A stretch of DNA of 64,000 bases, taken from assembly GCA_965368975.1 (NCBI GenBank), contig CBDUPA010000002.1, positions 1-64,000 on the forward strand, in the 5' to 3' direction. The translations under genes and the position numbers were made by a program. The notes beneath the pieces were generated by a model, which worked only from the letters and a program-made list of their open reading frames with translations, was not told the DNA's origin and did not search any database. Source of the stretch: an uncultured bacterium. Lineage in GTDB: Bacteria; Acidobacteriota; Thermoanaerobaculia; Multivoradales; JAHZIX01. Numbering within the stretch: position 1 is the first letter of the stretch; the number at the start of each line of letters is the position of its first letter. Positions 41,722 through 51,668 of this stretch are shown in pieces.

Positions 41722-44262
41722 TTGGACATCGAACACAATGAGCGCGCCAGAGACTTGTGGCAGCGCGCCAAGCTGATCCTGGACGAGGTTCTGGACGCTG
41801 AGCCGGAGCAACGACATCAGCTGCTGGCTCTGCGCTGCGACGGCGACTCGGATCTGCGCCAAGAGGTTGAGGACCTTCTGGCCACGGAAGCCGCAATGGC
41901 CACCGCCAGCTTCATCGAGAAACCCGCTGTCTCGTTGCACAACCTGGCCCCGGAACCCAGCCTGGTCGGCGAGCAGGTGGGACCGTACGAGGTCTTGGAA
42001 GAGATCGGGCGCGGCGGCATGGGTACCGTCTACCTGGCCGTGCGCAAGGATGACTTCCAGCGTCGAGTCGCCCTCAAGGTCATCCGTCGTGGCCTGGATA
42101 CCGAAGCTATCGTCGGCCGCTTCCACAACGAGCGTCAGATCCTCGCCAACCTCGAGCATCCCAACATCGCCCGCCTCTACGATGGCGCGTCGACCACGGA
42201 TGGCCGCCCCTATCTAGTGATGGAGCACGTCGAGGGAGCCCCGATCGACGCCTACTGCGACCAGCGGCACCTGACCACGCGCGAGCGCCTGGAACTGATC
42301 TGCAAGGTGTGCGACGCCGTCCAGGCCGCGCACCAGAACCTGGTGGTGCACCGTGACCTCAAGCCGAGCAACATCCTGGTCACCGCCGACGGCAACCCCA
42401 AGCTATTGGACTTTGGCATCGCCAAGCTGGTCGATCCCGAGGTTGGCGACCTGACGACGCAACTGGACGGCGGTCCGCGCGCCTTCACTCCCGAGTACGC
42501 CAGCCCCGAGCATGTCAACGGCCTGCCCGTCACGGCCAGCAGCGATGTCTACTCCCTGGGCGTCCTGCTCTACGAACTGCTCACCGGTCACCGACCCTAC
42601 GAGTTCGCGTCGCTCAACCCCGTCGAGATCTCGCGCATCGTCTGCGAGCAGCAACCTCGACTCCCGAGCACCGTTGTCGGCCGTCATGTCGAGATCACCC
42701 GGCACAATGGCACGGTAAGAGCGCTCACCCCGGAAGGGGTCAGCCGCACTCGCGATGGAGACCCCCGCATCCTGCGCCGCCGGCTCGCCGGGGACGTCGA
42801 TGCGATCGTGCTCAAAGCGCTGCGCAAGGAGCCCGAACAGCGCTACGGCACTGCCGCCGAACTGGCTCGAGACCTCCGGCGTCACTTGCGGGGAATGCCG
42901 GTGCGGGCGCGCAAGGGGACGACTTCCTACAGAGCTGGGAAGTTCTTGCGGCGTCGGTGGAAGGAGATTGCGGCGGCGGCTGTTGTACTGACCCTAGTCG
43001 GATTCGCAGGGGCCCAAGTACTTGCACGCCAGCAGGGCGAAGAGAGGACGGAAGAATTTTATGAACTATTTAAGAACGCGCTCCAACGCGCCGATCCAAG
43101 CCGCACAGGTGGTCAAGAGGCTACACTTCGGGACTTCTTGGATGCTACCTCGCAACAGATCCTTGCGAGTGCTCCTACACAGTCTGACCTGACGGCTTCG
43201 CTGCTTGGGACCATTGGCAGAATCTACACAAGGTCTGGAGATCGAAGCAAAGGTCTGGAACTGCAACTAGAAGGACTGAGAATCCGTAGAGCAACCCTGC
43301 GGGCCGACGATCCCGACCTAGCCTACAGCCTATTGAATCTTGGACTTACTCTGGGCCCCAGAAATCCACAGACCCGAGAGTTGGCGGATGAGGCCCTCAG
43401 GATTCTGAAGGACCAGACGTTCTCAACTGACGACGAAAAGGAACTCCAGACTATCGGGCTGAGCCTGCTTGCGGCAGTAGAAGTCACAGATCAGAAGTTC
43501 GACCAAGCCGAGAATTTGAATCGACAAGCTCTGGCTATCAAGATAGACCTGTTTGGTGAAGAGAGCCTTGAGGTGGCAACCACCTACAATAACTTGGGCG
43601 AGATCTATTTCAGGAAGGGCGACTACGAGCGAGCGAGGCTGGAATTCGAGAGAGCTCTTGAGATTCGGCAAGCACAATTGGACGCGAGAACTCCGCATGT
43701 AGCAAGAAGTCTGAACAATCTGGGATTAACTTTGACCTACCTGTCCCCGGCAGCCGGTGAAGAGATGCTCCGAGAAACTGTATCGCTACGCCGAGTAATA
43801 TTTCCAGATTCTCCGAGAACCATCGCAAGCGCTCTGGCCAACCTTGGTGTCAATTTCAGAATTCAAGGGCAGCTGACACAAGCGGAACAAGTCCAGCGAG
43901 AAGCTCTAGACATGGTTGGCGGTCCAGAGGGTGCCAGCACCAAGATCCTCCTTAGCCTGGCGGAAACGTTGGTTGAACTCGGCCAGCCTCTTGAGGCAGA
44001 GCAGCTTGCATTGCGGGCAGTCGACAAGGACTCTGGAACCAGTCTTGCCAACGCTCAAAGCCTCCTCGGGGAGATCCGCGCCGAGCAAGGAAGATTGGAC
44101 GAGGCAATCCCTTTGCTCCGCGAATCCTGGCAAACTCTCGACAACTCACCTCTACTAGATACCGCCATAGAAGTCCGCAGAGCCCGAGAACGCATGATCC
44201 GCTACGGCCTGCTCGAAGAAGAACCCGACAAAGACCGCCCCGCTATGCCAACGCAGGTCTGA
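41722..44262 (+). CDS. Membrane Ser/Thr kinase with TPR repeats (cognate kinase of the ECF)
   Basis: IGRGGMGTVY, ERQILANLEHPNIARL, HRDLKPSN, DFGIAK, TPEYASPE, LAGDVDAIVLKAL; TM; TPRs with NNLG. Confidence 0.92.
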   Translation: MDIEHNERARDLWQRAKLILDEVLDAEPEQRHQLLALRCDGDSDLRQEVEDLLATEAAMATASFIEKPAVSLHNLAPEPSLVGEQVGPYEVLEEIGRGGMGTVYLAVRKDDFQRRVALKVIRRGLDTEAIVGRFHNERQILANLEHPNIARLYDGASTTDGRPYLVMEHVEGAPIDAYCDQRHLTTRERLELICKVCDAVQAAHQNLVVHRDLKPSNILVTADGNPKLLDFGIAKLVDPEVGDLTTQLDGGPRAFTPEYASPEHVNGLPVTASSDVYSLGVLLYELLTGHRPYEFASLNPVEISRIVCEQQPRLPSTVVGRHVEITRHNGTVRALTPEGVSRTRDGDPRILRRRLAGDVDAIVLKALRKEPEQRYGTAAELARDLRRHLRGMPVRARKGTTSYRAGKFLRRRWKEIAAAAVVLTLVGFAGAQVLARQQGEERTEEFYELFKNALQRADPSRTGGQEATLRDFLDATSQQILASAPTQSDLTASLLGTIGRIYTRSGDRSKGLELQLEGLRIRRATLRADDPDLAYSLLNLGLTLGPRNPQTRELADEALRILKDQTFSTDDEKELQTIGLSLLAAVEVTDQKFDQAENLNRQALAIKIDLFGEESLEVATTYNNLGEIYFRKGDYERARLEFERALEIRQAQLDARTPHVARSLNNLGLTLTYLSPAAGEEMLRETVSLRRVIFPDSPRTIASALANLGVNFRIQGQLTQAEQVQREALDMVGGPEGASTKILLSLAETLVELGQPLEAEQLALRAVDKDSGTSLANAQSLLGEIRAEQGRLDEAIPLLRESWQTLDNSPLLDTAIEVRRARERMIRYGLLEEEPDKDRPAMPTQV

Positions 44263-44764
44263 CGCGCTCCCACTCCTCGAAACTCATCCCGTAGGCATTG
44301 GCCGCATCCGCCGGATGCTCCCGCGACGACACCAACCGCCACTCGTCGGCGGGCAACTCCGGCAAGTGCGTATCCCCCTCGACAACCGCGTGCACCCGCG
44401 TCAACCAGGCACGCTGGGCTCGCGGCAGCGCCAAGCGGTAGACGGCTTCACCCCCGAGGATGCACACCAGCTCCTCACCCGCCGCCAGGGCCAGGGCCGC
44501 GTCCAGATTCTGGGCGACCTCGGCACCGGGAGCCTGGTAGTCAGCTCGACGCGTGAGGACGAGGATGCGGCGGTGTGGTAGCGGGCTCACGGGCTGGGTC
44601 GACTCGACCTGCATCGACTCATAGGTCTTGCGCCCCATAATCACCGTCCGATGCATCGTCAAACGCTTGAAGTGAGCCAGATCCGCCGGCAAGTGCCAGG
44701 GCAAATCGCCATCACGGCCGATGACGCGATTCTCGGAGTGGGCAGAGACGAGGACGAGTTCCAT
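44243..44764 (-). CDS. folA: Dihydrofolate reductase
   Basis: NRVIGRDGDLPWHLPADLAHFKRLT, IMGRKTYES, PLPHR, ILGGEAVY, EGDT. Confidence 0.93.
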   Translation of the reverse strand: MELVLVSAHSENRVIGRDGDLPWHLPADLAHFKRLTMHRTVIMGRKTYESMQVESTQPVSPLPHRRILVLTRRADYQAPGAEVAQNLDAALALAAGEELVCILGGEAVYRLALPRAQRAWLTRVHAVVEGDTHLPELPADEWRLVSSREHPADAANAYGMSFEEWERVRPALA

Positions 44765-44835
44765 CCCCGTATGGTGCCACAGCACCCCAGGTGCACGACC
44801 GAACCAGCTTGCAAGCAGGCAGCTATACTCCGGCC

Positions 44836-46521
44836 ATGAGCAAGGAGACCTCGAAAAACGGTTGGAGCGACGACGAACGGCGGATCCTGTCCGCGCACTT
44901 CACGGATCTGGAAGACGATGTTTTCGCGCTCGTCGGGCTACCGGAAGTCGTGAAAGGCGCCCTGTTCGCACGCTACTCGCGCTCGCCCAAGAGCCTGCGC
45001 CACCTGTTCCTGGACGAGTTCGCGCCGGATACCGAGACGGACGAGGACGATGACAGCACGGAGACACAGGGCAGCACGGAGACACAGGGCAGCGGCTCTG
45101 CCAGGGCCGAGAAGCTCTACGAGCGTGTCTTCGTCGAGTACGGCGATGACTCCGTGGCGCAGCTGGGCGGTGCGCACATCGCGGTCGAGGGAGCGTCGAA
45201 CGTCCTCACCAAGGTGCTGGAGTGGGGACGGCTGATGTCGTACCTGGAGCAGTCGACGCGCTACATCCCCTACACCCAGCGCGACCACTCCCAAGGCAAC
45301 GACTCCCAAGGCAACCGTGCCGGCTGGCGTTACGTGACGCCGCCCGAACTGGACGGGTACCCGGAATTACAAGCGCGCTACCGCCAGGCGCTCGACCTGG
45401 CGTTCGAGACCTACACCGAGCTGCTGACCCCGATGGCCGAGCACATCGGCACGCGCACGCCACGCGAGGCGGGGACGTCCGAGAAGGCACACGCACGCGC
45501 GGTGAAGGCGAAGGCGCTCGACGTGCTGCGTGGCTTGCTGCCGGCGGCGACGCGTTCGAACGTCGGGCTGTACGGCAGCGGTCAGGCGTACGAGGCACTC
45601 CTCCTGCGCATGAACGCACACCCGCTGGCCGAGGTGCGCGGCTGCGCGGCGCGAATGCTGGTCGAGTTGCGCAAGGTGATCCCGGCATTCCTGACCCGTG
45701 TCGACCGCGAGGAGCGGGGCGTGTTGTGGAGCCAGTACCTGCGGCAGACCCGCGAGGAGACCGCGGCGGTGGCGGTGGAGTTGCTGGCAGATCCGGACGC
45801 TCAGGAACACACGGGTTCGAAGGGCACCGTTGCGCCAGATTCCGTGACGCTCACCGACTTCGATCCCGACGGCGAGGTCAAGGTGGTGGCGGCAGCGCTG
45901 TACGCGGTGACCGGATTGCCCGACGCCGAACTGCTGCGACGAGCGCACCAGCTGAGCAGCGAGCAGCGCACACACGTGCTGGCAGCCTACGTCGGTGAGC
46001 GCCACAACCGCCGTCACCGTCCCGGCCGCGCCTTCGAACGCACCAGCTACCGCTTCGACATCCTCACCGACTACGGCGCCTTCCGCGACCTGCAGCGCCA
46101 CCGCCTGCTGACGCTCGAGTGGCAAGGCCTGACCCCCACCCACGGCTACCAGGTACCGGCCGAGGTCGTCGACGCGGGCGTCGAGGAGCGCTGGCGGCGC
46201 GTCATGGAGACCTGCGCAGACGTGCACGCGGCGATCGAAGCGGCCGGCTTGCCGGAGGTAGCGAGTTACGCGGTGCCGATGGCCTATCGCATCCGTTTCT
46301 ACATGGACATGAACGCGCGCGAAGCGATGCACGTGATCGAGCTACGCACCACACCGCAGGGCCACCCCAGCTACCGCCGCGTCTGCCAGCAGATGCACCA
46401 CCAGATCGCCGAGGTCGCCGGCCACCCCGCGATCGCGGCGGCGATGTCGTACGCGGACCATTCGGACGTCGAGTTGGAGCGGCTAGAGGCGGAGAAGAGG
46501 TTGGAGGCGCGGCGCGGCTAG
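44836..46521 (+). CDS. thyX: FAD-dependent thymidylate synthase, tandem-domain (double Thy1) form
   Basis: ALFARYSRS, YGDDSVAQL, SYLEQSTRY, DVLRGLLPAAT, DYGAFRDLQRHR, NAREAMHVIELRTTPQGHPSYR. Confidence 0.88.
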   Translation: MSKETSKNGWSDDERRILSAHFTDLEDDVFALVGLPEVVKGALFARYSRSPKSLRHLFLDEFAPDTETDEDDDSTETQGSTETQGSGSARAEKLYERVFVEYGDDSVAQLGGAHIAVEGASNVLTKVLEWGRLMSYLEQSTRYIPYTQRDHSQGNDSQGNRAGWRYVTPPELDGYPELQARYRQALDLAFETYTELLTPMAEHIGTRTPREAGTSEKAHARAVKAKALDVLRGLLPAATRSNVGLYGSGQAYEALLLRMNAHPLAEVRGCAARMLVELRKVIPAFLTRVDREERGVLWSQYLRQTREETAAVAVELLADPDAQEHTGSKGTVAPDSVTLTDFDPDGEVKVVAAALYAVTGLPDAELLRRAHQLSSEQRTHVLAAYVGERHNRRHRPGRAFERTSYRFDILTDYGAFRDLQRHRLLTLEWQGLTPTHGYQVPAEVVDAGVEERWRRVMETCADVHAAIEAAGLPEVASYAVPMAYRIRFYMDMNAREAMHVIELRTTPQGHPSYRRVCQQMHHQIAEVAGHPAIAAAMSYADHSDVELERLEAEKRLEARRG

Positions 46522-47957
46522 AACCTTTTTGGCGTTCCGTCCGGCCCCAACGCATCGGCCATGATCCGCTCCGGATCGTCCCACCCCGTCTCGTCCTGCA
46601 CCTCGCGACAGGCGGCCAACATGGGGCCGAACTGGGGGCCGGGTTGGAAACCGCGCTCAAGCAGGTGGCGACCGAGGACGACATCCTTCGTCGTGTGCGT
46701 CTCCTGCGCCAAGAGCTGCATCTGGCGCCAGAACTCCTCACCGGCCGGGAACTCGCGCGCCAATGCGTCAGGGGTGGTGCGGCCGAAATGGTCGGCCTGG
46801 GCAACACGGTAGAGCATTTCGGGCTCGACGCCGGCCGCGTCGAGACGGCGGGCCAGGCGACGGTAGGCGCGCGGCTTGGCGCCCCCCATCGGGAACACTG
46901 CCGGAGCCAAGTGGTGGCGCACCAGGGCGCTGACCTGCTCGCTCAGTTCCTTGGAAGTGCGCAGGCGCGCCATCAGCTTGTGGGTAATCGGCACCCCGAC
47001 ATCCTCGTGCTCGGGCGAACGAATGCGGCCGTCTTCCGAGTGCACGGTGGTGTCCGGCTTGCCGATGTCGTGGCACAGCGCGCCGAGCATGAGCACCAGG
47101 TCGTCGTGCGCAGAGTCCAGCGTGCCACGACGCAGCTTGGCGGCTTCGTCGACCACCAGCATGGTGTGCTCCCACACCGTGCCTTCGGGATGCCACTCGG
47201 GATCCTGCGGCACGTCGACCATCGCTGCGAGTTCGGGGAAGAAGCGCAGCAACCCGGTGGCGCGCAGGAACTCGAGACCCAGCGACGGCCTGCGCGCCTT
47301 GAGCAGGAGCTTCTTCATCTCCTCGAACAGACGCTCGCCGGGCAGGTCGGAGAGATCCTGGGCGGCACACAGCTCGGTCAACTCGGCATCCGGCTGCATC
47401 TCGAAGCGGGCGAGAAACTGCGCCACGCGCAGAGCACGCAGCGAGTCCTCACCGAAGGCGTCGCGATCGGTGGCGCGCAGAACACCCTGGCGCAGGTCTT
47501 CGCGACCGCCCCACGGGTCGAGGATCTCGTGCGTCAGAGGATCGTAACCCATGGAGTTGATCGTCAGGTCCCGGCGCCGCGAGGCACGCCGGAAGTCGAG
47601 CTGCGGGTCGAGTTCGACGACGAAGCCACGGTGACCGCGGCCGGTCTTGGAGTCGCGACGCGGGATCGAGAAGTCAGCATCCAGGCCCTTGATGCGCAGC
47701 ACGCCAAAGGCGCGGCCGATAGCGATCACTTCGCCGAACCCACCGAGAACCCCTTCGAGGCGTGCCAGGGGCAGGCCGTAGACCTCGAGATCGTAGTCCT
47801 TGGTCGCTCGGCCAAGCAGGCGGTCGCGCACGAAGCCTCCCACCATCAGGGCACGCCCGCCGGCCTTGCGCAGCGCGCGCGTCAAGGTCAACAACTGGGC
47901 GTCGACTTCGAACGGTGGCTCGTGAAGCGCGCGCTCCACAGAGCAGTCCGGGGACAT
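46518..47957 (-). CDS. cca: CCA tRNA nucleotidyltransferase with HD domain
   Basis: VGGFVRD, DYD, RRDLTIN, EDSLR, WHPEG, HDIGKP. Confidence 0.85.
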   Translation of the reverse strand: MSPDCSVERALHEPPFEVDAQLLTLTRALRKAGGRALMVGGFVRDRLLGRATKDYDLEVYGLPLARLEGVLGGFGEVIAIGRAFGVLRIKGLDADFSIPRRDSKTGRGHRGFVVELDPQLDFRRASRRRDLTINSMGYDPLTHEILDPWGGREDLRQGVLRATDRDAFGEDSLRALRVAQFLARFEMQPDAELTELCAAQDLSDLPGERLFEEMKKLLLKARRPSLGLEFLRATGLLRFFPELAAMVDVPQDPEWHPEGTVWEHTMLVVDEAAKLRRGTLDSAHDDLVLMLGALCHDIGKPDTTVHSEDGRIRSPEHEDVGVPITHKLMARLRTSKELSEQVSALVRHHLAPAVFPMGGAKPRAYRRLARRLDAAGVEPEMLYRVAQADHFGRTTPDALAREFPAGEEFWRQMQLLAQETHTTKDVVLGRHLLERGFQPGPQFGPMLAACREVQDETGWDDPERIMADALGPDGTPKRF

Positions 47958-47962
47958 CAGCG

Positions 47963-48223
47963 CTACTTGAGCTTGCCCCGCTCCAGGCCTACCTTCACCA
48001 TCTCGAGGGTACGTTCGACCTGGGCGCGCAGCTTCTTCTGCATTTCGGGCTGGGGAAGCTCTTGATCGAGCAGATCCTGATAGGACAAGCGTTTCTGCCA
48101 GACGATCGATCCCTGCTCCATCACGCGGACATCGAAGCAGGCCTGCGCCTCCCCCTGGTCTTCACCCTGGATGATGTAGTCGTGTCCGTCGAGCTGGAAG
48201 CTCTGATTGATGCCTGGAATCAT
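47963..48223 (-). CDS. Conserved-looking hypothetical protein (86 aa)
   Basis: TATAAT -10, SD CAGGAG, ATG 48223; MIPGINQSFQLDGHDYIIQGEDQG. Confidence 0.6.
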   Translation of the reverse strand: MIPGINQSFQLDGHDYIIQGEDQGEAQACFDVRVMEQGSIVWQKRLSYQDLLDQELPQPEMQKKLRAQVERTLEMVKVGLERGKLK

Positions 48224-48392
48224 GAAGCAAGTCTCCTGGCCGGGCATTATACAAGCTTTCGGCCGCCCACCCGGCACCGCTGTCTGACGGCCGGTCCGGC
48301 CGTGCGCCCGACTACCAGCAACCGGCTACCAACCGGCTACCGCTTGTCGCACCGCACGGAGTCTGCTAGAAGGGCTACAGGAGGACTACACT

Positions 48393-50084
48393 GTGCGCCA
48401 CTTCGACCCCATCTGCCAACACCGACACCAGCCGTGGCTGGGCACGCTCGCGCTCAGCCTGCTGCTCGCCGCCTGCAGTACACCCGAGGCCACGACACCA
48501 GCCGAGTCGGCACCCGCGCACGCACCGAGCGCAGAGGCGACACTCGCCGTAGCCGAAGATACTCCTCGGCTGGTGCTCTTCCTGGTCATCGACCAGGCGC
48601 GCTACGACTATCTAGAGCGCTTCCGGCCTCTGCTCCAAGGCGGCCTGGCGCGCTTGCTGGAGGAAGGGGTCGACTTCACCGACGCACATCACGCCCACGC
48701 CATGACCGCCACTGGCCCTGGCCACGCAACGCTGGCCACGGGCACCCACCCGGCGCAGCACGGCGTCATCGGCAACAGTTGGATCGACCGCACGAACGGC
48801 GACCACGTCTACTGCGCCGAGGACGCGAATGAGACCCCGTCCCCAGCCCAGCTGCTGCGCCCCACACTCGGAGACCGCATGAAAGCGGCGTGGCCGAGCA
48901 CCAAGAGCTTCACCGCCGCGGGCAAAGATCGCGCGGCGATTCTCACCGCCGGGCACCAAGCCGACGCGGCTTTCTGGTACGACGACGACAGCGACGGCCG
49001 CTTCGTCACCTCCGAGGCCTACCTGACCGTCAGCCCGGAGTGGTTGAACGACTTCCACGCTCGCCGCTTGCCCGACGCAGCCTTTGGTCGCTTGTGGCAG
49101 CCGCTGCCGGCGGTCGAACAAGCGCTCCTCGACGAGAGCTACGGCGTCACGCCTCTCCAGCGTGCGCCCATCGAGCGACAGTTCCCGCACGCCCTCGGCA
49201 GTCCGGCGGTGGGTCCCAGCGGTAGTTTCTACAGTGACTTCATCGCCTCTCCCTTCATGGACACCTACCTGGTCGACTTCGCCCTGGCGCTGATTGACGG
49301 CGAGCAACTCGGCCAGGACGAAGTCCCCGACTTCCTGGGACTCGGCTTCTCCCCCCTCGACTACATCGGCCACGACTACGGCCCGGACAGTCCCGAAGTC
49401 CTCGACACCCTGCTGCGCCTGGACCAACAGCTCGGCCGCCTGTTCGACGAGATCGACCAGCGGATCGGCCTGGACGCCACTCTCATCTCGCTGAGCTCCG
49501 ACCACGGCGTGGGGCCGATACCCGAAGTGGCCCGACAGCGCGGCAACGCCGAAGCGCGGCGCCTGGGTAGCCAGGATGTCCTTTGCTACCAGCAAGCCGG
49601 GCTGACGCTCGCCGCGACTCTCGGAACCACGCCCAGCGAGTTGTTCTGGTCCGGCCTCTACTTCGACCCGAGGACGTTGGAGAACCTGGGCAAGAGCATT
49701 GGCAGCGCGCGCGCCGAGTTGCAGAGCCTGCTCGGCCAGTGCGACGGCGTGGTGCGTTCTTGGACGTACGATCAACTGGTCGCCGGTGGCATGCCCGGCG
49801 TGCCCCTCTCCGAGGCCTACGTCCACGGTTTCCACCCCGAGCGCAGCGCCGACGTCCTCCTTCAGCTCGGCGAGCACGTCCTCTACTCGCTCAGCAGCGA
49901 GACCAGCCACGCCTCACCCTACCCACACGACAGCCATGTACCGTGGCTATTGCGCTTGCCGGCACCGGTGGCACGGCAGATCGACACGCGCGTCCACACC
50001 GTGGATGTCGTACCGACCCTCGCCGTCTTGCTCGGCCTGCCCACGGACGGCATGGACGGTCAAGACCGCGGGCCGTTCGAGTAG
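48393..50084 (+). CDS. Alkaline phosphatase superfamily lipoprotein (PafA/NPP-like)
   Basis: Lipobox LAAC; VIDQARYD, TATGPGHATLATG, KDRAAI, DYIGHDYGP, SSDHGV, SHASPYPHD. Confidence 0.88.
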   Translation: MRHFDPICQHRHQPWLGTLALSLLLAACSTPEATTPAESAPAHAPSAEATLAVAEDTPRLVLFLVIDQARYDYLERFRPLLQGGLARLLEEGVDFTDAHHAHAMTATGPGHATLATGTHPAQHGVIGNSWIDRTNGDHVYCAEDANETPSPAQLLRPTLGDRMKAAWPSTKSFTAAGKDRAAILTAGHQADAAFWYDDDSDGRFVTSEAYLTVSPEWLNDFHARRLPDAAFGRLWQPLPAVEQALLDESYGVTPLQRAPIERQFPHALGSPAVGPSGSFYSDFIASPFMDTYLVDFALALIDGEQLGQDEVPDFLGLGFSPLDYIGHDYGPDSPEVLDTLLRLDQQLGRLFDEIDQRIGLDATLISLSSDHGVGPIPEVARQRGNAEARRLGSQDVLCYQQAGLTLAATLGTTPSELFWSGLYFDPRTLENLGKSIGSARAELQSLLGQCDGVVRSWTYDQLVAGGMPGVPLSEAYVHGFHPERSADVLLQLGEHVLYSLSSETSHASPYPHDSHVPWLLRLPAPVARQIDTRVHTVDVVPTLAVLLGLPTDGMDGQDRGPFE

Positions 50085-50104
50085 CGATTGTTCGCGGCGG
50101 CTGG

Positions 50105-50863
50105 TCAGGAGAGCTTGCGGGCGACCGCGATCAGCTGCCGCGTGCCGACCGCTTGCTCGCGCACGCCGGGGCGGCCGTCTTCGATCTGGTTGACCAGATT
50201 GCCCAGCATACCCCGCAGCGTGCGCACGGGTGCACGCGGCGACCAGGCGGCCAGGCCCGCCGTGAACCAGCGCCCGACAGGCGTCGCGTAGACGACCTCG
50301 ACCTCGTCGAAGACCGACGCCAGCAGCTCGCGGAGCTGCTCACGATGGTAGAAGCGGAAGTCGCGCACGCCGTCGGGCTCGGCACGTCCCGGATGATCGC
50401 CATTCGGTGTCGACATCACGAAGGTTCCTCCGCTACGCAGCACGCGGTGCACCCCGCGCACAAAAGCGGCATCGTCGCGCACGTGCTCCAGCACCTCGAC
50501 CGACACGACGACATCGAAAGACGCCGCCGGCAGCTGCGATCGCGTCATGTCGTCGAACACCACCGCCTCGACATTGCTGCGGCGGCGCTCGACCAGGTCC
50601 TTCATCTCCGCCGTCAAGCCATGGCCATCGGTGTGCTGCTGCTCGGTCTCGCGTGGCAGATCGGCAACCGTGACGCGCGCCGGCAAACCGACCGTATACG
50701 GCGACCGGCGGCCACCGACATCGAGAATCCGCCTGGGCTCGGCCCCGGATGCGCGGGCAGCGTCGAGCCGTGCCAGGGCCTCGCGCAGCCGTCGACGCAC
50801 CAGCACGTGCAGAACCGGCCGCACCGGCAGTGTCAGCTGGTAGAAGCCTTCATAGAGTGTCAT
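50105..50863 (-). CDS. Class I SAM-dependent methyltransferase
   Basis: ILDVGG, FDVVVSVEVLEHV, RVLRSGG, STPN. Confidence 0.85.
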   Translation of the reverse strand: MTLYEGFYQLTLPVRPVLHVLVRRRLREALARLDAARASGAEPRRILDVGGRRSPYTVGLPARVTVADLPRETEQQHTDGHGLTAEMKDLVERRRSNVEAVVFDDMTRSQLPAASFDVVVSVEVLEHVRDDAAFVRGVHRVLRSGGTFVMSTPNGDHPGRAEPDGVRDFRFYHREQLRELLASVFDEVEVVYATPVGRWFTAGLAAWSPRAPVRTLRGMLGNLVNQIEDGRPGVREQAVGTRQLIAVARKLS

Positions 50864-50909
50864 CGACAGTCATCCGGTTCGCTCGGAGAAATGGGAAGCT
50901 CAGCCTGTA

Positions 50910-50941
50910 AGCGTTCGGAGTATAGCGTTCGGAGTATAGCG
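50910..50941. repeat. 14-bp tandem duplication carrying a -10-like TATACT on the minus strand
   Basis: AGCGTTCGGAGTAT x2 plus AGCG. Confidence 0.85.
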
Positions 50942-51056
50942 CGCGGCGACGCTCGACGCGGTGCCACACGACCCTCAGACAGGACCCGGTTTGCAACATG
51001 AAGTAGATGCACCCGTAAGGAAGCACACCTCAAGACTTCGACCTCGGGAATGTCCT

Positions 51057-51668
51057 ATGCCCCCTCTTCAGATTGACTCCGCCCGCCTTCACATGATCGC
51101 CGCCACCCCGGAACTGCTACAAGCCGATCTCCAAGGTCTCGACCCCTTACAGGCCGCTTTGAGCCGCTACCTCGACGGCTCGGCTGCCGGCGAAGTGCGC
51201 ATCCCCGCCAGCTGGCCCCCGCCTTACTCGGACGAAATGCGCCGCTACGTCCTCGACCGGCTACGCGAGAGATCCGACCTGTACGGTTGGACCCTCTGGT
51301 ACATCGTGACCCGCGAGCCGGGCGAGCCCCCGAGGGCGGTCGGCTACATCTGCTTCGCCAACGGTCCGGACGCCGAGGGCACGATCGAGATCGGCGGCTT
51401 CGTTCTCGAAGAGGAGCAGAGCCGCGGCTATGCCAGCGAAGCCAGCGACGCCCTCGGCCGTTGGGCTTTCACCCAGGGCATCCGTCGCCTCACCGCTAAC
51501 ACGCTCGCCGGCTACGCGCCAACCCGCAAGCTACTGGAGCGCAACGGCTACCGCTACATCGGCGAGACCCTGGATCAGGGAATCCCTCACGCGCAGTACG
51601 AGCTGCTACCGGAAGATCTGCCCCCTCGGCGGTCACCAGGCCCTGGGGCTCAGGCGTCGGAAGGCTGA
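51057..51668 (+). CDS. GNAT (RimJ/RimL-type) N-acetyltransferase
   Basis: TIEIGG, EQSRGYASEA, RKLLERNGY; start uncertain. Confidence 0.8.
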   Translation: MPPLQIDSARLHMIAATPELLQADLQGLDPLQAALSRYLDGSAAGEVRIPASWPPPYSDEMRRYVLDRLRERSDLYGWTLWYIVTREPGEPPRAVGYICFANGPDAEGTIEIGGFVLEEEQSRGYASEASDALGRWAFTQGIRRLTANTLAGYAPTRKLLERNGYRYIGETLDQGIPHAQYELLPEDLPPRRSPGPGAQASEG

